64,000 nt of DNA, taken from the NCBI GenBank assembly GCA_964234715.1, contig OZ174275.1. One strand, 5' to 3'. How positions within the stretch are numbered: the first letter of the stretch is position 1; every line of letters begins with the position of its first letter. This DNA comes from Podarcis melisellensis. Lineage: Eukaryota. The position numbers and the translations under genes were made by a program. Under the pieces are notes generated by a model. That model was given only the letters and a program-made list of their open reading frames with translations. It ran no database searches and was not told the origin of the DNA. Below, in pieces: positions 39,797-51,700 of the stretch.

Positions 39797-41899
39797 TATA
39801 TCATTTCCCAGAAAGCTTTTACCAATGTACATATCTACCACATGTGGTAAAAAGTACCCTCCTTCCCTTTACATTTCCAACACGGATTTGAGCTAGTTTT
39901 ATACATTTTTTCAATTTTACTCGGTGTTAGATACCAACAACACATCATTTTCATATAATTTTCTTTCAACAAACAACATGCAGTAATTTTAATTCCTCTT
40001 CCCATAACGTTTTCTCAAGATGAGAGATGAATATTATATCCAAAATCTCTAGCCCAGTGAATCATCACTGCTTTAACTTCTTCATCTTTGGTATACCACT
40101 CCAAAAGTAATTTGTACATTTTTTATAACACTTTCACATTGTTTTCCACCAGATCTATTTCAAACCTCGATCTCACAGTATCAAAACCCTTTTTTTAATC
40201 TACTTTAAAAACATCATTTAATTGATGATACTGTAACCAATCTGTTAGCATTTCTCTTATATCTTCAAATTTTCTCAGTTTTAATTGGTCTTCTGCCTCT
40301 ATTAACAGGTCTTTATAGGTGGCCCAATCCCCTCATATATTTAATTTTTTAACTGATATTGCTTCTAATGGAGAGAGCCACCAAGGTGTTTCTCCTCTCT
40401 AGTAAGTTTTTATATCTGTCCCATACCTCGTATATTGATGTTCTTACCAAGTGCTATGCTTTTGTTTTATCATACCATACATATGCGTGCCACCCAAACC
40501 TATTATCATGACCTTCCAAATCTAGTAAATCTGTATTTTTTAATAAAATCCAATCCTGCAACCAGCAGGTGCAGGACGCCTCATAATATAACTTCAAGTC
40601 TGGCAAGGAGAAGTCACCTCTTTCTTTAGAGTCTGTTAGTAACTTCTATTTTATTATTGGTTTCTTCCCCTGCCAGATACCAAATTGTGAGATCTTTTGT
40701 ACTCTGCAAGATCTCTCACTATTTTGGGGTGAAATCTTACCCAAAATCAGTGCTAATGGCAGCAGTGCTTTTCCACTGATGGCAGAAGCGGTGGGGCACC
40801 CACCTGAAGCAGCAGTCTCACCTGCCTCATGGCTGGGCCAGCTCTGGTCCATTATCATTGGTAGCTTATGCTCTGGTGAGGTTTTGGCTACAGTAAGCCT
40901 GCAATTTATGCACATTTAACATGTGGGCATTCAGCTTTACATGCTTGGCAAAAAAATTGTAAAAATTAAAAAGGGAGTGGAAAGTGCAAATGTATGCAGG
41001 GAAAAAGACTTTGGCAATCCCACCCGCCACTGCACCGAATGTGTTTTGTCTATACACAATTTTAGCTTTAAGCGCAGTCCACAGAATGTATCCCCGTGTA
41101 AGTTGAGGGCTTCATCTACTTCATGCCGCTAGGGTGGAGGACCCATTGAGATAGTCCATATTCTGGTTTTATTCCTTTTTTTAACATTAAGTTTTAATGT
41201 TTCAGATTTTTGTAAGTGATCTTGTAAAGTATTAAGTTAAGCGGCTAAGTGTATATGAAGTAAATAATAAAACAGGAGGCACAGGAGGCAAGGCAAAGTG
41301 AATACAGGCTTTAAGCATTTTCTCATAAAAGCCTTTAATCAGCTAATCCACTGAAGAGATTCTGGAACACCCATGGAAAACAGAGCGCACAGAAATGACA
41401 ATATTATATCAGTTCTAAATCTGTACATGCAGGCAGTTCACATCATAAAGAGGAGTGAGTGAAGCCCCTGCCAGACAGCGGATGAACACGTAGCCCTCAT
41501 GAAAATGTTATCATAATCTCCAACGTGATAGTTGGGGGATGGATTCCGTTTGAGCCCTTGATGTGCTCAGTTTCTTCTCCAGTTTATAGTCCTCAAGAAC
41601 TGGGGGAGGAACTTTTCCAGCAGCCACATTCCACCACAAAAACCTTCCTGATCCATTCATCCTTGTGGTCTCTGATGACGTGTTGGGGGTTCCTGCATTC
41701 TTCCACTCCAGGGCTGCCTAGCGAACTGGCAAAGGGGTTTTACCTTATCCTCACCGATGCTAACATTTAAGAGTGAGCCGTGAACGTCTCGATTTCCCTT
41801 TTCCCTGTTTCGCTTTAAGAATCGGGTCTATCATGGACACGGGAGGGCAGTGACTGTTCTTTAAAAAATCCAAATACATTTGCACCACGCACAGAGAAA

Positions 41900-42780
41900 A
41901 CTTTAGGTTTCTGAATAGCTGCTGCTACCCTGAGTTCCGAAAAGCTCTCATCTTGCACGGACTGCACGCACACAACTCGAGATTACGGCGCTCGTTAGCA
42001 GGTGCGAAAGACGCGTCATCCAGCCTTCGATTCACAAAGAATCGCAACCGGGACAACTCCTGCCTTCTTGCAATCCGAGGAGAGGGACACGAACGGCGCA
42101 TGCGCACTTGGGGGCGGGCACGCTTCCAGTTAAGGCGAGTTTAGCTGCAGCCTCAGCTGAAGGGAGTGCGCGTGCGCGCTCGGCAACTGCCGTTCCGGGA
42201 GCAGGATGAGGTCAGCTGTGCCCCGGAAGCGGAAGCGGCGTGACTGGGCGTGGTCGCTTTCCTTTCCGGCCGGGGAGCGTGCTCGGGGCAGCGAGAGAGG
42301 CCGTCTGTAGCCATGAGCGTCCCGGCTTTTATCGATATAACCGAGGAAGACCAGGTCAGAATGGGGAGTGGCTCCGTCGCTGCCCCTCCCGGAATGCAGA
42401 AGGGCAGCTGTTGTCTCCTCAGGTGCCGGAGGCCACCGCTAGGGAGGGCGGAGGAGGGGGGAAATCACTCGTGGAACCTCATTCACACGTATACACGGGT
42501 TCCGCGCGCGCCCTACGAAGCGCCGCTTAGAAGCGAAGTGCTCCCAGCCTCTGCCGTGAAGGAAGCCGAGGCTGGCGGAGTTTTGCTTCCTAGCAGCTTC
42601 GTAGGCCCAGCTGGGGCCTCGTCCGGCCTTTAGACTCGGATCCTTTCTGCACCTGCTCGCCCCTCCCCCCCCCCGCTGTGGCCTCGCTAGCAAACGCCCT
42701 TCCTGCGAGGTTGGTTGCCCGGGCGCCTTTCTCGCTGAATCAGCCCCGCTGTCTCTAGTGGCGCTTAACCGCCCAGGGAT
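41900..42780 (+). promoter_or_regulatory. CpG-island promoter of EIF3M
   Basis: Sharp rise in GC and CpG. NRF1 palindrome GCGCATGCGC 42096-42105, GC box 42110-42119, second NRF1-like site 42167-42177, tandem ETS/GABP CCGGAAGCGGAAG 42223-42235, pyrimidine TCT/TOP-like tract 42257-42267. No TATA box seen. Confidence 0.88.
42313..42354 (+). CDS. EIF3M: EIF3M exon 1 coding part ([14 protein letters not shown])
   Basis: gccATGa start, donor cag|gtcaga. Confidence 0.97.
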
Positions 42781-45700
42781 TGTGCTTAAGAGCACGATGG
42801 GAAGTGAATATTTCTGCCTGTCAACATGTATCGAATGAGAAGTTACAGGCTGAATAACCATAGCTGTCAACTTTCCCATTTTTAAAAGGGAAATTCCCTT
42901 ATTCTGAATAGGATTCCTCTCAAGAAAAGGGAAAAGTTGACAGCTATGTGTATAACAGGGGTCAGCAACCTAAGGCCCATGGTCCAGAAGCGACCCACGG
43001 AGGTTGTTTGACTGGCCCACGAGCCACCCCTGAACTGAGTTACCCGCTTGCACACAGCTCAGGACTCGCTTCCACGGCACCGGAAATCGGGTTTGTGCAC
43101 GCGCAGATGCCAAAAATCACATGCGCGGTCCGGCCCGCAGTGGGATCTCCATGGAACCAATCTGGCCCAGACAAGATAAAGCTTGCTGACCCCTGCTGTA
43201 TAATATAGAGAGCCCCATGAAGGGCTTTGTTTGAAGGCTGATCTGATCATATTCCTTTACTACTACTCTCCCTGCCTTGTATGTGTTAGTAGTTCTTGTT
43301 CAGGAAGAATAGAGACATATTCTTTAATGTATATTTATTACATGGCTAGGAGGAATGAGATCAAGTAGTGGGAGCTTTGGAGTTAAGCTATTTAACACAG
43401 CATCGGCGTAGAGTCACAAAGAGTAAACGGGATGATCATAATTGTATGTTTATGATGTTACTAGGAGGAATATGATTAAAGGATGTTATTTTTATAGATG
43501 CTTTTTTCCTTTCAAAAGGCTGCAGAACTAAGGGCTTACCTGAAATCTAAGGGAGCTGAGATATCAGAAGAAAATTCTGAAGGTGGACTTCATATTGACT
43601 TGGCTCAGATCATTGAAGCATGTGATGTGTGCCTGAGGGATGATGATAAAGGTTGGTGTTTGCATAATTTAGGAAGCTATTGATAAGCATCTGACCTAGG
43701 GTTGTGATCTAGTTCCTTTTAAATTATCTGCCTTCTAGAAAAGTGAAATGTTCTCCTTTAGGGCATAATTGTATACAAGGGGCCAAGTTTTACAAGTGGG
43801 CACAGCTGCCTACCTGTCGGTTACCTGATGATAAATCTAAGTCAAAGGCTAGAGTGAGGCTTTTATTTAGAAAAATAAGAACACTGAAGTGGAACATGAT
43901 AAACATACTGTTATGAATAGTGTGGAGTAATTGGGTAGAACCTGACATTTCCCAATGAATTTGTTTAGCAGTCAATTTCAAACAGAAAAAAATCAAGTGC
44001 TTCTTCACACAATGTATAATTAATTATTCATACATTGTATAATTAACAATGGGGTCCTGATTTCCACAGCTGTGCAGAGGACAGGGGTGTAACAGATTTT
44101 TGTCTGATGCCAGTTATCAAAGTAGTCATTGTAATTTTTTATACTTCATTTCAACACCCTTCAGACAAAAACAAAAGAGTTGTATGGATGTATCTATGGC
44201 CTTTTAAACTGGGAGTGTGTGTTTCAGTTTTTGTTATGCATTTTTGTGTCTTTATACCTTAAGCTGCCCTGTGATGCTTGCATGAAGGGTGATATAGAAA
44301 TTCAATAAATAAATAAATTGGAAGTCAAGTAAACATGCCACAGTTACTGTTGGTGTTTGCAAAAAAAAAATAATTGGTCCATTAGTCTAGAAAGGGTTTT
44401 CTGTATGCTGTATTAACCATGTAAAGCTGAGACAGTCTTACCAATGAACAATTCAGTGTCACATTTTTCATTACAGAAATATGTTTTTGTTTTTCAATAT
44501 AGATGTTGAAAGTGTGATGAACAGTGTAGTATCTCTGCTTCTTATTCTGGAACCTGACAAACAAGAAGCTTTGATTGAAAGTCTGTGTGAGAAATTGGTC
44601 AAATTTCGGGAAGGTGAACGACCATCACTCAGACTGCAGCTGTAAGTGACTTAGGTGATTGAATGGAATAAATATGTCTTGTACCACAATTCTTTTTATT
44701 CCATGAGAAGCAGGATTTTTGGCAGAATGTATTAAGAGTATCTTTGAGTGGGTCAGTAAATTATGTCTGGGCTTGATGGCCAGTCATTAGTGTTTTCCAA
44801 TCAGTTGTAGGGTAAAGGACCCCTGGACAAGTAAATCTGATCTCACCACAATAATGCTTTGAGTTAGATGCACTAGAAGCAGCGGTCTGGGAACGGTGTG
44901 GAATTCAAAGAAATAGATAGATAGATAGATAGATTCTTTATTGTCATTACACAAGTGCAACATTGCACAAGTGCAACGAAATTGGATGCCATCCCTTAAA
45001 AACAACAAAAACAAAACAACAACAACAACCAAACAAACCACATTCCAGCCGCACCCACACCCACACCCATCAAACTCCCAGGTCACACTATCGAGTTACA
45101 GCATTCAAAAAGGCCACAGCTCTTGGGTAGAAACTATTTTTCAGTCTATTTGTCCTTGACTTGATGTTTCTATATCTCCTGCCAGAAGATATAAATAGGG
45201 TGCCTCTGTCATTCTGGGACTAGTTAAGGGCAGCTACTTGCCATCACGCTTTGTATTCTTAAAAAAAGAAAAAGTACAAGTTTATCCGGTTGAAGATGCA
45301 CTGCAGATTGTACACTAGTACAAAACATACATACTATTAAAAGAGATTTTGGCTGCAGTCCCATGTGCATTAACTTGGAAGAAAGTCTTACTGAATTTGT
45401 GCAGCTCACCTCTGAGTAAGCATGTGTAGGAATAATTTTGTACTGCTGGAAAAGAGAAGAGAGAGGTGGAACCTAAGCAAATAAACACTTGTTAGACACA
45501 TCGATTTTATTCAGTATTTTATTTACATACCAGAGTAAGCAAATTTATTAAAAGCAACACTTAAATAGAAGCTCTGAAAGCCACCAGGTTTTTTGCACCA
45601 CATGCTGCTAAATACAGGTATGACACATTTTAAAAGGGAATGTTAGGCAAATGTGGATATATGCTACAATGGATATGTCTAGTTTTAAATCCCTCTCCTT

Positions 45701-48700
45701 CCAATGCTTCGGTTAAGCAGAACAGCTTCCCTTTCAGCCCAACTCCTCATGTTTCCTAGATGTTAGCAATATACTCTCAAGCTTGAGGACTCTTCCATCC
45801 ATGCTGACCTCTCCATGCCATATTGTCGTCCCAGCCCTGTTTGAGTACAACAAAATTACTCTTTGAGATTCTTATTCCTACTAACTGCTCTACAGCTCTT
45901 CCTGCTATCATTGCTCAATGCAGCGGTGAACACAACCCCTTTGCCTACTTAAGGCAAAACCTTTTTCTTCTGCTGCTTAGGCAAACATAAGCCACAATTT
46001 ATCCCTTGTGATCCTTTGCAAAAATGCACACAGCTTCAGAAATCCTATGGATAATTAGGCATGCCTGACCTGTTGTCATTATCCAGCCCAAGGGAATTCT
46101 AACTTGCCTGTTAAAAACCACTGTTGTTTGCTGGTGATCAGGCAAATGTCCTTGTTGAAGGCAAGTATTGGCAATGATTTAGAATCTGATAATGCAACTT
46201 TCATATTTCTGCATGTATTAGTTAAACGTGAATAATAAAATATCTCAGTGAATTACATAGAAAATCAAGCAGGGTTCCAGTTGCTCAGTGGGGCTTTCCT
46301 GACTTTTCCCTCTACTGCCCCGTCAGCTTCTGAGCAGTGGTGTATAATTTGTGTTGTAGCATACGGGTGGGGGTGGGAATAGGGCTGCCACAGGACAGCA
46401 AAATCAGGAGGAATTCAGCAGGGCTCCATTGCATATACCAGTGTTTCTCAAACTTGGTTCCCCATCTGTTGTTGAACTAAAACTCCCATCATCCCTAACC
46501 TCTGGTACTGCTAGCTAGGAATGATGGGATTTGCAGTCCAACAACAGCTGGGGAACCAGGTTTGAGAAACACTGGCATATACAGAAGTCCTTTTTGGCTC
46601 ACACAATATAACAATGAGACTGTTAAAAGCCTGAGTGAAACTTGGTTGAACTTAATAGTGGCAGAAGTGATGACTTTAAACATTTTTAATGCTTGTATTT
46701 ATTTCTGTGTACATTAGATGTGCAGTGTGTGTCCATTAATACGTTACAAATGTTGGAAATTAATTGACTTGTCATTATTCCTTAGACTGAGTAATCTCTT
46801 CCATGGCATGGAGAAGAATACCCCTTCAAGGTATACAGTCTACTGCAGCCTCCTTAAAGTAGCCTCCAGCTGTGGAGCTATACGGTACATTCCAACTGAA
46901 CTGGAGCAGGTAAGCAGTTGAATAGTATTTGCATATTAACAAAGAATCCCTTAAAAATTAATAAGATTTGCAACAAACCAAAATACATCATAAGAATTTC
47001 ATAATAAGATGCATAATCAAGATCCCCTTCTTGATTAAGGGAATCCCAAATTGTGATTGTAAAAATAACAAACGTTGTTTTGCTTTATGCAAGCCTGTCT
47101 GGAGTGCTGCCTTGTACTCCAGCGTCCCAAGACAGAGGGTATCCATTCCCTTAAGGGAAAAGTAAAGCATGGATGGGAAATTTCCATTAATGATTACTGC
47201 TCCTGAGTAAGGCACAGAACAGAGTTTCATAATTTCACATTCTTCTGAGTTTTAAAATATTTGCATTTTCAAAAATTGAACTTGAAATAACTTCTCTCAG
47301 TAGTAAAAGTCATTGCCTTCTGTGTCAAATCTTTTATAGGTTCGAAAATGGATTTCAGATTGGAATCTTACCACGGAGAAAAAGCACACCCTTCTTCGGC
47401 TGCTCTATGATGTTCTCGTGGATTGCAAAAAGAGGTAACTGAGACCACGTACTGTGCCAAACAGTTTTGGCACAATTTTGGCACAATTCATTGAGGCAGG
47501 GGAAGATCACTGAAATATTTACCATTTCAATTATTGTTTTTAAATTTGTATGACGTGTTCAATTGTGTGTTTAATATACAGGGCTGCTTGTTCTCATTTG
47601 AATGGTACAGATATTAATTCTTAGATTGCATATGACAATTTATGTTTAATAATATTTTTATTTTGGTATTAAATGCTAGACTGTAAACTGTTGAGCCATC
47701 ATAGAGGAGAACGGAGTAATTTTTAAAACACTCCTCCACGTCCATGTTTGTTTCATGGGGTGGAAGTGGGGTGAAAAGGAGATTGATTTTTCTCTCTACC
47801 TGAACATTGGGGAAGATGGGTAAGTGTTCTTGGGGCAGAGGTCTCTCTCCTCTGTTGGGTTTGCTTGAAATGATTGCTAAAGTGGTGGAGGACAGGTGAG
47901 TATTAATGATTGCTCAAGTGGAACACTCCAAAAATGATGGATTATCTTAGTCAGAAGAAACTGATCTCTAGTTTCTCCATATAGACCGAGTTCAAAAAGT
48001 GAGACAGGTATATACTATACTTTCTTATTGACACACACAATTAATCAGTTATCAGAGTCTGATGTTTCTGGAGTCTTTACTGGAACCGTAATGTGGATGG
48101 TTTTTCCCTTCTGAGTGCAAACTAAAAAAAGAAAAGAAAACACAAGAACTCACCCCAGCCTACTTCTGTTCTTTTTATAGTGAAGTTTTACAGAACTGCT
48201 TGATAAGACTTTTTTCCAGGTCAAACTTGATGGTGATAGTGATTAGCTGTCAGTACAAAATCTTAAAATAGCAAAGGTCTCACTAGGACTGTTAAAAAAC
48301 TATGCTAGTAAAGAAAATAGACTTCGGGGCTTTAAGAAAAATGGAGATATGCCTTTGTTTTGATTAAAGAATAGATGTGTGCTTTATTATGATAATATGA
48401 AATTATGTTGTTTTTCTAAGCTGTTCTATTTGGGTCTTGAGAATTACTGGTGCTAAATGCAGAAACATGGCGCTCGACATTGGGATTAGTCTTAAGAAGA
48501 CCCTCAATGTTGAAGTAGTGGTAATAGCACAATATAGTTGGAAATAAAGCTGATTTTTGTATGAAAGCTGTGCTTTTATAACTTAATGTTTTTGTCCTTT
48601 TTCAAAAGCCAATTAAAAGCAAAACAAGCCCACCATTTTATGAATGCACTGTTCCCATAATATGAGTTACTCTAATTTTGAAAGTAACATTTTTTTCTTT

Positions 48701-51700
48701 GACTTTTATTATCCTTTTATCCAAGAGATTTATAGCCTGCCCTTCATCAATATTGTGTCGTTTCAATTACATTCATTCTCAGGAGCAAGATAGTGGAAGT
48801 AAGAAATTGTACTTTATAAGTGTAGTAATTGAGAATAGAGATTTCAGTAACAGAAGAGTGAAGCCCTCCCCACTCCTGATAATATCTGCTCCTTGATTTT
48901 CATACAATTTTCAGCATTACTTTGCTTTTTAATGATTGTATCCAGATGTGTTCTAGTAAGTCGTGTAAAGATGTTTCCACCTAAGAGAGAAAATTCTGTA
49001 ACTGGCAGGTAATTTATCAGTTTAAAAGTATAAAATATACTGTAAAGTTCTATTTAAAAAAAGAGAGAGAGAGACCCCTGAGACTGAATGACTATGTAGC
49101 TGTTTTACCACTTTGGTACCATTGACAGTCAAAACTCCTACATCCTTTCAAGTGCACTTTTCATTTGAATCATAGCTTCACAGTGCCTTTAACTATCTGA
49201 CCATCTCCTTTGATACTCCCTTTCTCATACAGCTAGAATTTTGGGGTCATCCAATGAATCTGAATGTTGGAACATTCAGGAGAAACAATAAGAAGCACTT
49301 ACTCACACAGTGTATAATTAAGCAATGGAAATTGCTCTAACATAACTACTGCATGTACGGGACGCGGGTGGCGCTGTGGATTAAACCACAGAGCCTAGGA
49401 CTTGCCAATCAGAAGGTCGACGGTTCAAATCCCCGCAACGGGGTGAGCTCCCGTTGCTCGGTCCCTGCTCCTGCTAACCTAGCAGTTTGAAAGCACATCA
49501 GAGTGCAAGTAGATAAATAGGTACCACTCTGGCGGGGAGGTAAACAGCATTTCCGTGTGCTGCTCTGGTTCGCCAGAATTAGTCATGCTGGCCACATGAC
49601 CCGGAAGTTGTACACCGGCTCCCTCGGCCAATAAAGCAAGATGAGCGCCGCAACCCCAGAGTTGGTCACAACTGGACCTAATGGTCAGGGGTCTCTTTAC
49701 CTTTAACTACTGCATGTAGTACAAGCAACAACCATCTTAGACGCATGCAACTGATGTGCAACCATCACACCGACCCCAGAAGTGGCTGTAAAAGGGGGTG
49801 GGTTGGGGGCGGAGTGGGCTTGCACGTGCTCTGCTGACATGTGTGGGGTTCAGGAAAGCAAACCCCCACGCAAAACAGTTGTCGCCTGCTATAATTGCTG
49901 ACTTGGACAGGGGTTGAGGCAAGTTCATAAGCTATGAACTACTTGAGAACCGGAGATTATATATACCTTTGAATGCCTGTTGAGTGGCAGAGAGCTGTCA
50001 CACTCGGTTCCTTCCCATGTGCATCTGGTTGTGAGCACAGGATGCTGGTTTAGTTAGGTCTTTGTTCTGATCCATCAGTTCTCCCCTTACGCTAAGTTTG
50101 TACATTTTGAAATGATTTTAAAAGGAAGTACTGTTTCTTGCCCACAGTGATAATGCAGCAAAAGTAATGGTAGAGCTGCTGGGAAGTTACACAGAGGACA
50201 ATGCTTCTCAAGCCAGAGTTGATGCTCACAGGTAATGTAAACATTACAAACTACATTTAGGATTGTTTCATGTGTTAATGGTCAGTGAAAGTTTCAGTAA
50301 CAAGAAATGCAGCCCCAAACATGCTAAATTCTTATTCCTCTCCCCACTCTCCAAATACTTTGCTTGCCACTTCAGATTTGTAGATGAATGCCAAGGGGTT
50401 TTGCTAAAACGTTTTGCTGATGGTGAGAGCACAACCAGTAATGTGTGGGATGTGCAGGGATTCTTAACTGAATACAGTCATACCTTGGTTGTCAAATGGA
50501 ATCCATTCCGGAAGTCTGTTCGACATCCAAAAACATTTGACAACCAGGGCGCAGCTCAAGCGGAAACTGCATTGGGTGTTTGGCTTCCAAAAAACGTTCG
50601 CAAACTGGAACACTCTTCCGGGTTTGCGGCATTCAGGAGCCAAAACATTCAAGTTGCAAGGCATTCAAGATCCAAGATACGACTGTACAAAATATCTCCC
50701 ACATTAGAATGCCTAAATGTCACCCTCTTACTTTTACGAAGTGGTTTTGTTGTTGTTGTTGTTGTTTGTATTTTAGTGATGGCCAAGACCTGTTGGTATA
50801 AAAATAACCTTCTTGTCTAGAGTAGAAGAAAAGTTCAGTTGAAGTACATGTCTAAGACAGTTGTGCGTTTCCTGTCCAATTCCTTTACAATTTCTGCCCA
50901 GACGCAGAATCTGTGTGCATGAAACGGCAATTCTTTGACTTCTGTCTAGATCTTAATGTTTGTAGAAAATACCAGTTGAATGCATCATCAACATTTTTAA
51001 ACATTATCTGAGACTGTGTAAAATGCCTTTCCAATATCATTCTGTAGTTCATCTGCCCTTGCAGTGATGCATAGTTAGGGCACTTGGCTCTGCTGCTTAT
51101 TGGGACCTCAGAGAAAAGTGCAAACTATGTAGATGTGTTTTTTAAGGGTGCTTCCCCCCCAAAAAACTATTCTACTGTTAGGGTTATGTTTGTTTGTTTG
51201 TTTAAGTTATACACTGAATAGATTTCTTCAAACAGGGAGATGTTCCATAATATTAAAGAAAACATACTCTAGTTTGGACTCCTGTTGTAGCTGCCATTGG
51301 TTTGGGTTTGTTATGAATGGGGCAGTTTGGAAAGGTTTATATAAGGGCAGTAGGGAGAAATACCAGCTTTGGTAGTTCTTCCAGGTAGTAGCAGCAGTGA
51401 GTCATATGTTATTATGGTGGAAAGTAGTGGGGGGAAGGGTTAAATTGCAGTTCATGCAAGTGTAACAGGCAGGAGGAAAGTGTCTCCTTGCAGGTACAGG
51501 AGGAATGTGGAGTAACTAATATTTGGTATAGAAAGGAGATCAATCTGCAATTTTTTTGTTGGTTTCCAGTTCCCTCCATTTTGCATGAAAAGCAGTTAAT
51601 ACTTTACTGTAAGTCTACTTGATCTGTGAAGCAGAAAGCCAACTACAATAAAATATACGTAACTGTTGTCTGGGGCTGGTTCATGGCCAGCCACACAGCT

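Larger units (their letters stand above)
38798..40685 (-). mobile_element. Older 5'-truncated L1, interrupted by two MITEs
   Basis: Minus-strand IWQGKKP.IK, KAFWEMI and YATMAARMLVAQRWK similar to the 55-57 kb L1, with frameshifts; TSD-like tgtgag(c/a)tcttttg(c/t)a at 38782 and 40686. Confidence 0.88.

Noticed and set aside
125-41770. Many 60-150 aa ORFs in the supplied track
   Set aside because: No recognisable domains or consistent exon structure; many overlap SINEs, MITEs or microsatellites.
41450-41770. Possible LINE remnant or antisense exon upstream of the promoter
   Set aside because: Could not assign a family or splice structure with confidence.
47930-48070. Intronic C/D-box snoRNA (also considered near 60113)
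   Set aside because: Box C is imperfect or no suitably placed CTGA with a terminal stem was found; a covariance-model search would be needed.
50263-50820. 185-aa ORF in intron 6
   Set aside because: Runs through a MITE and a (GTT)n tract; chance open frame.
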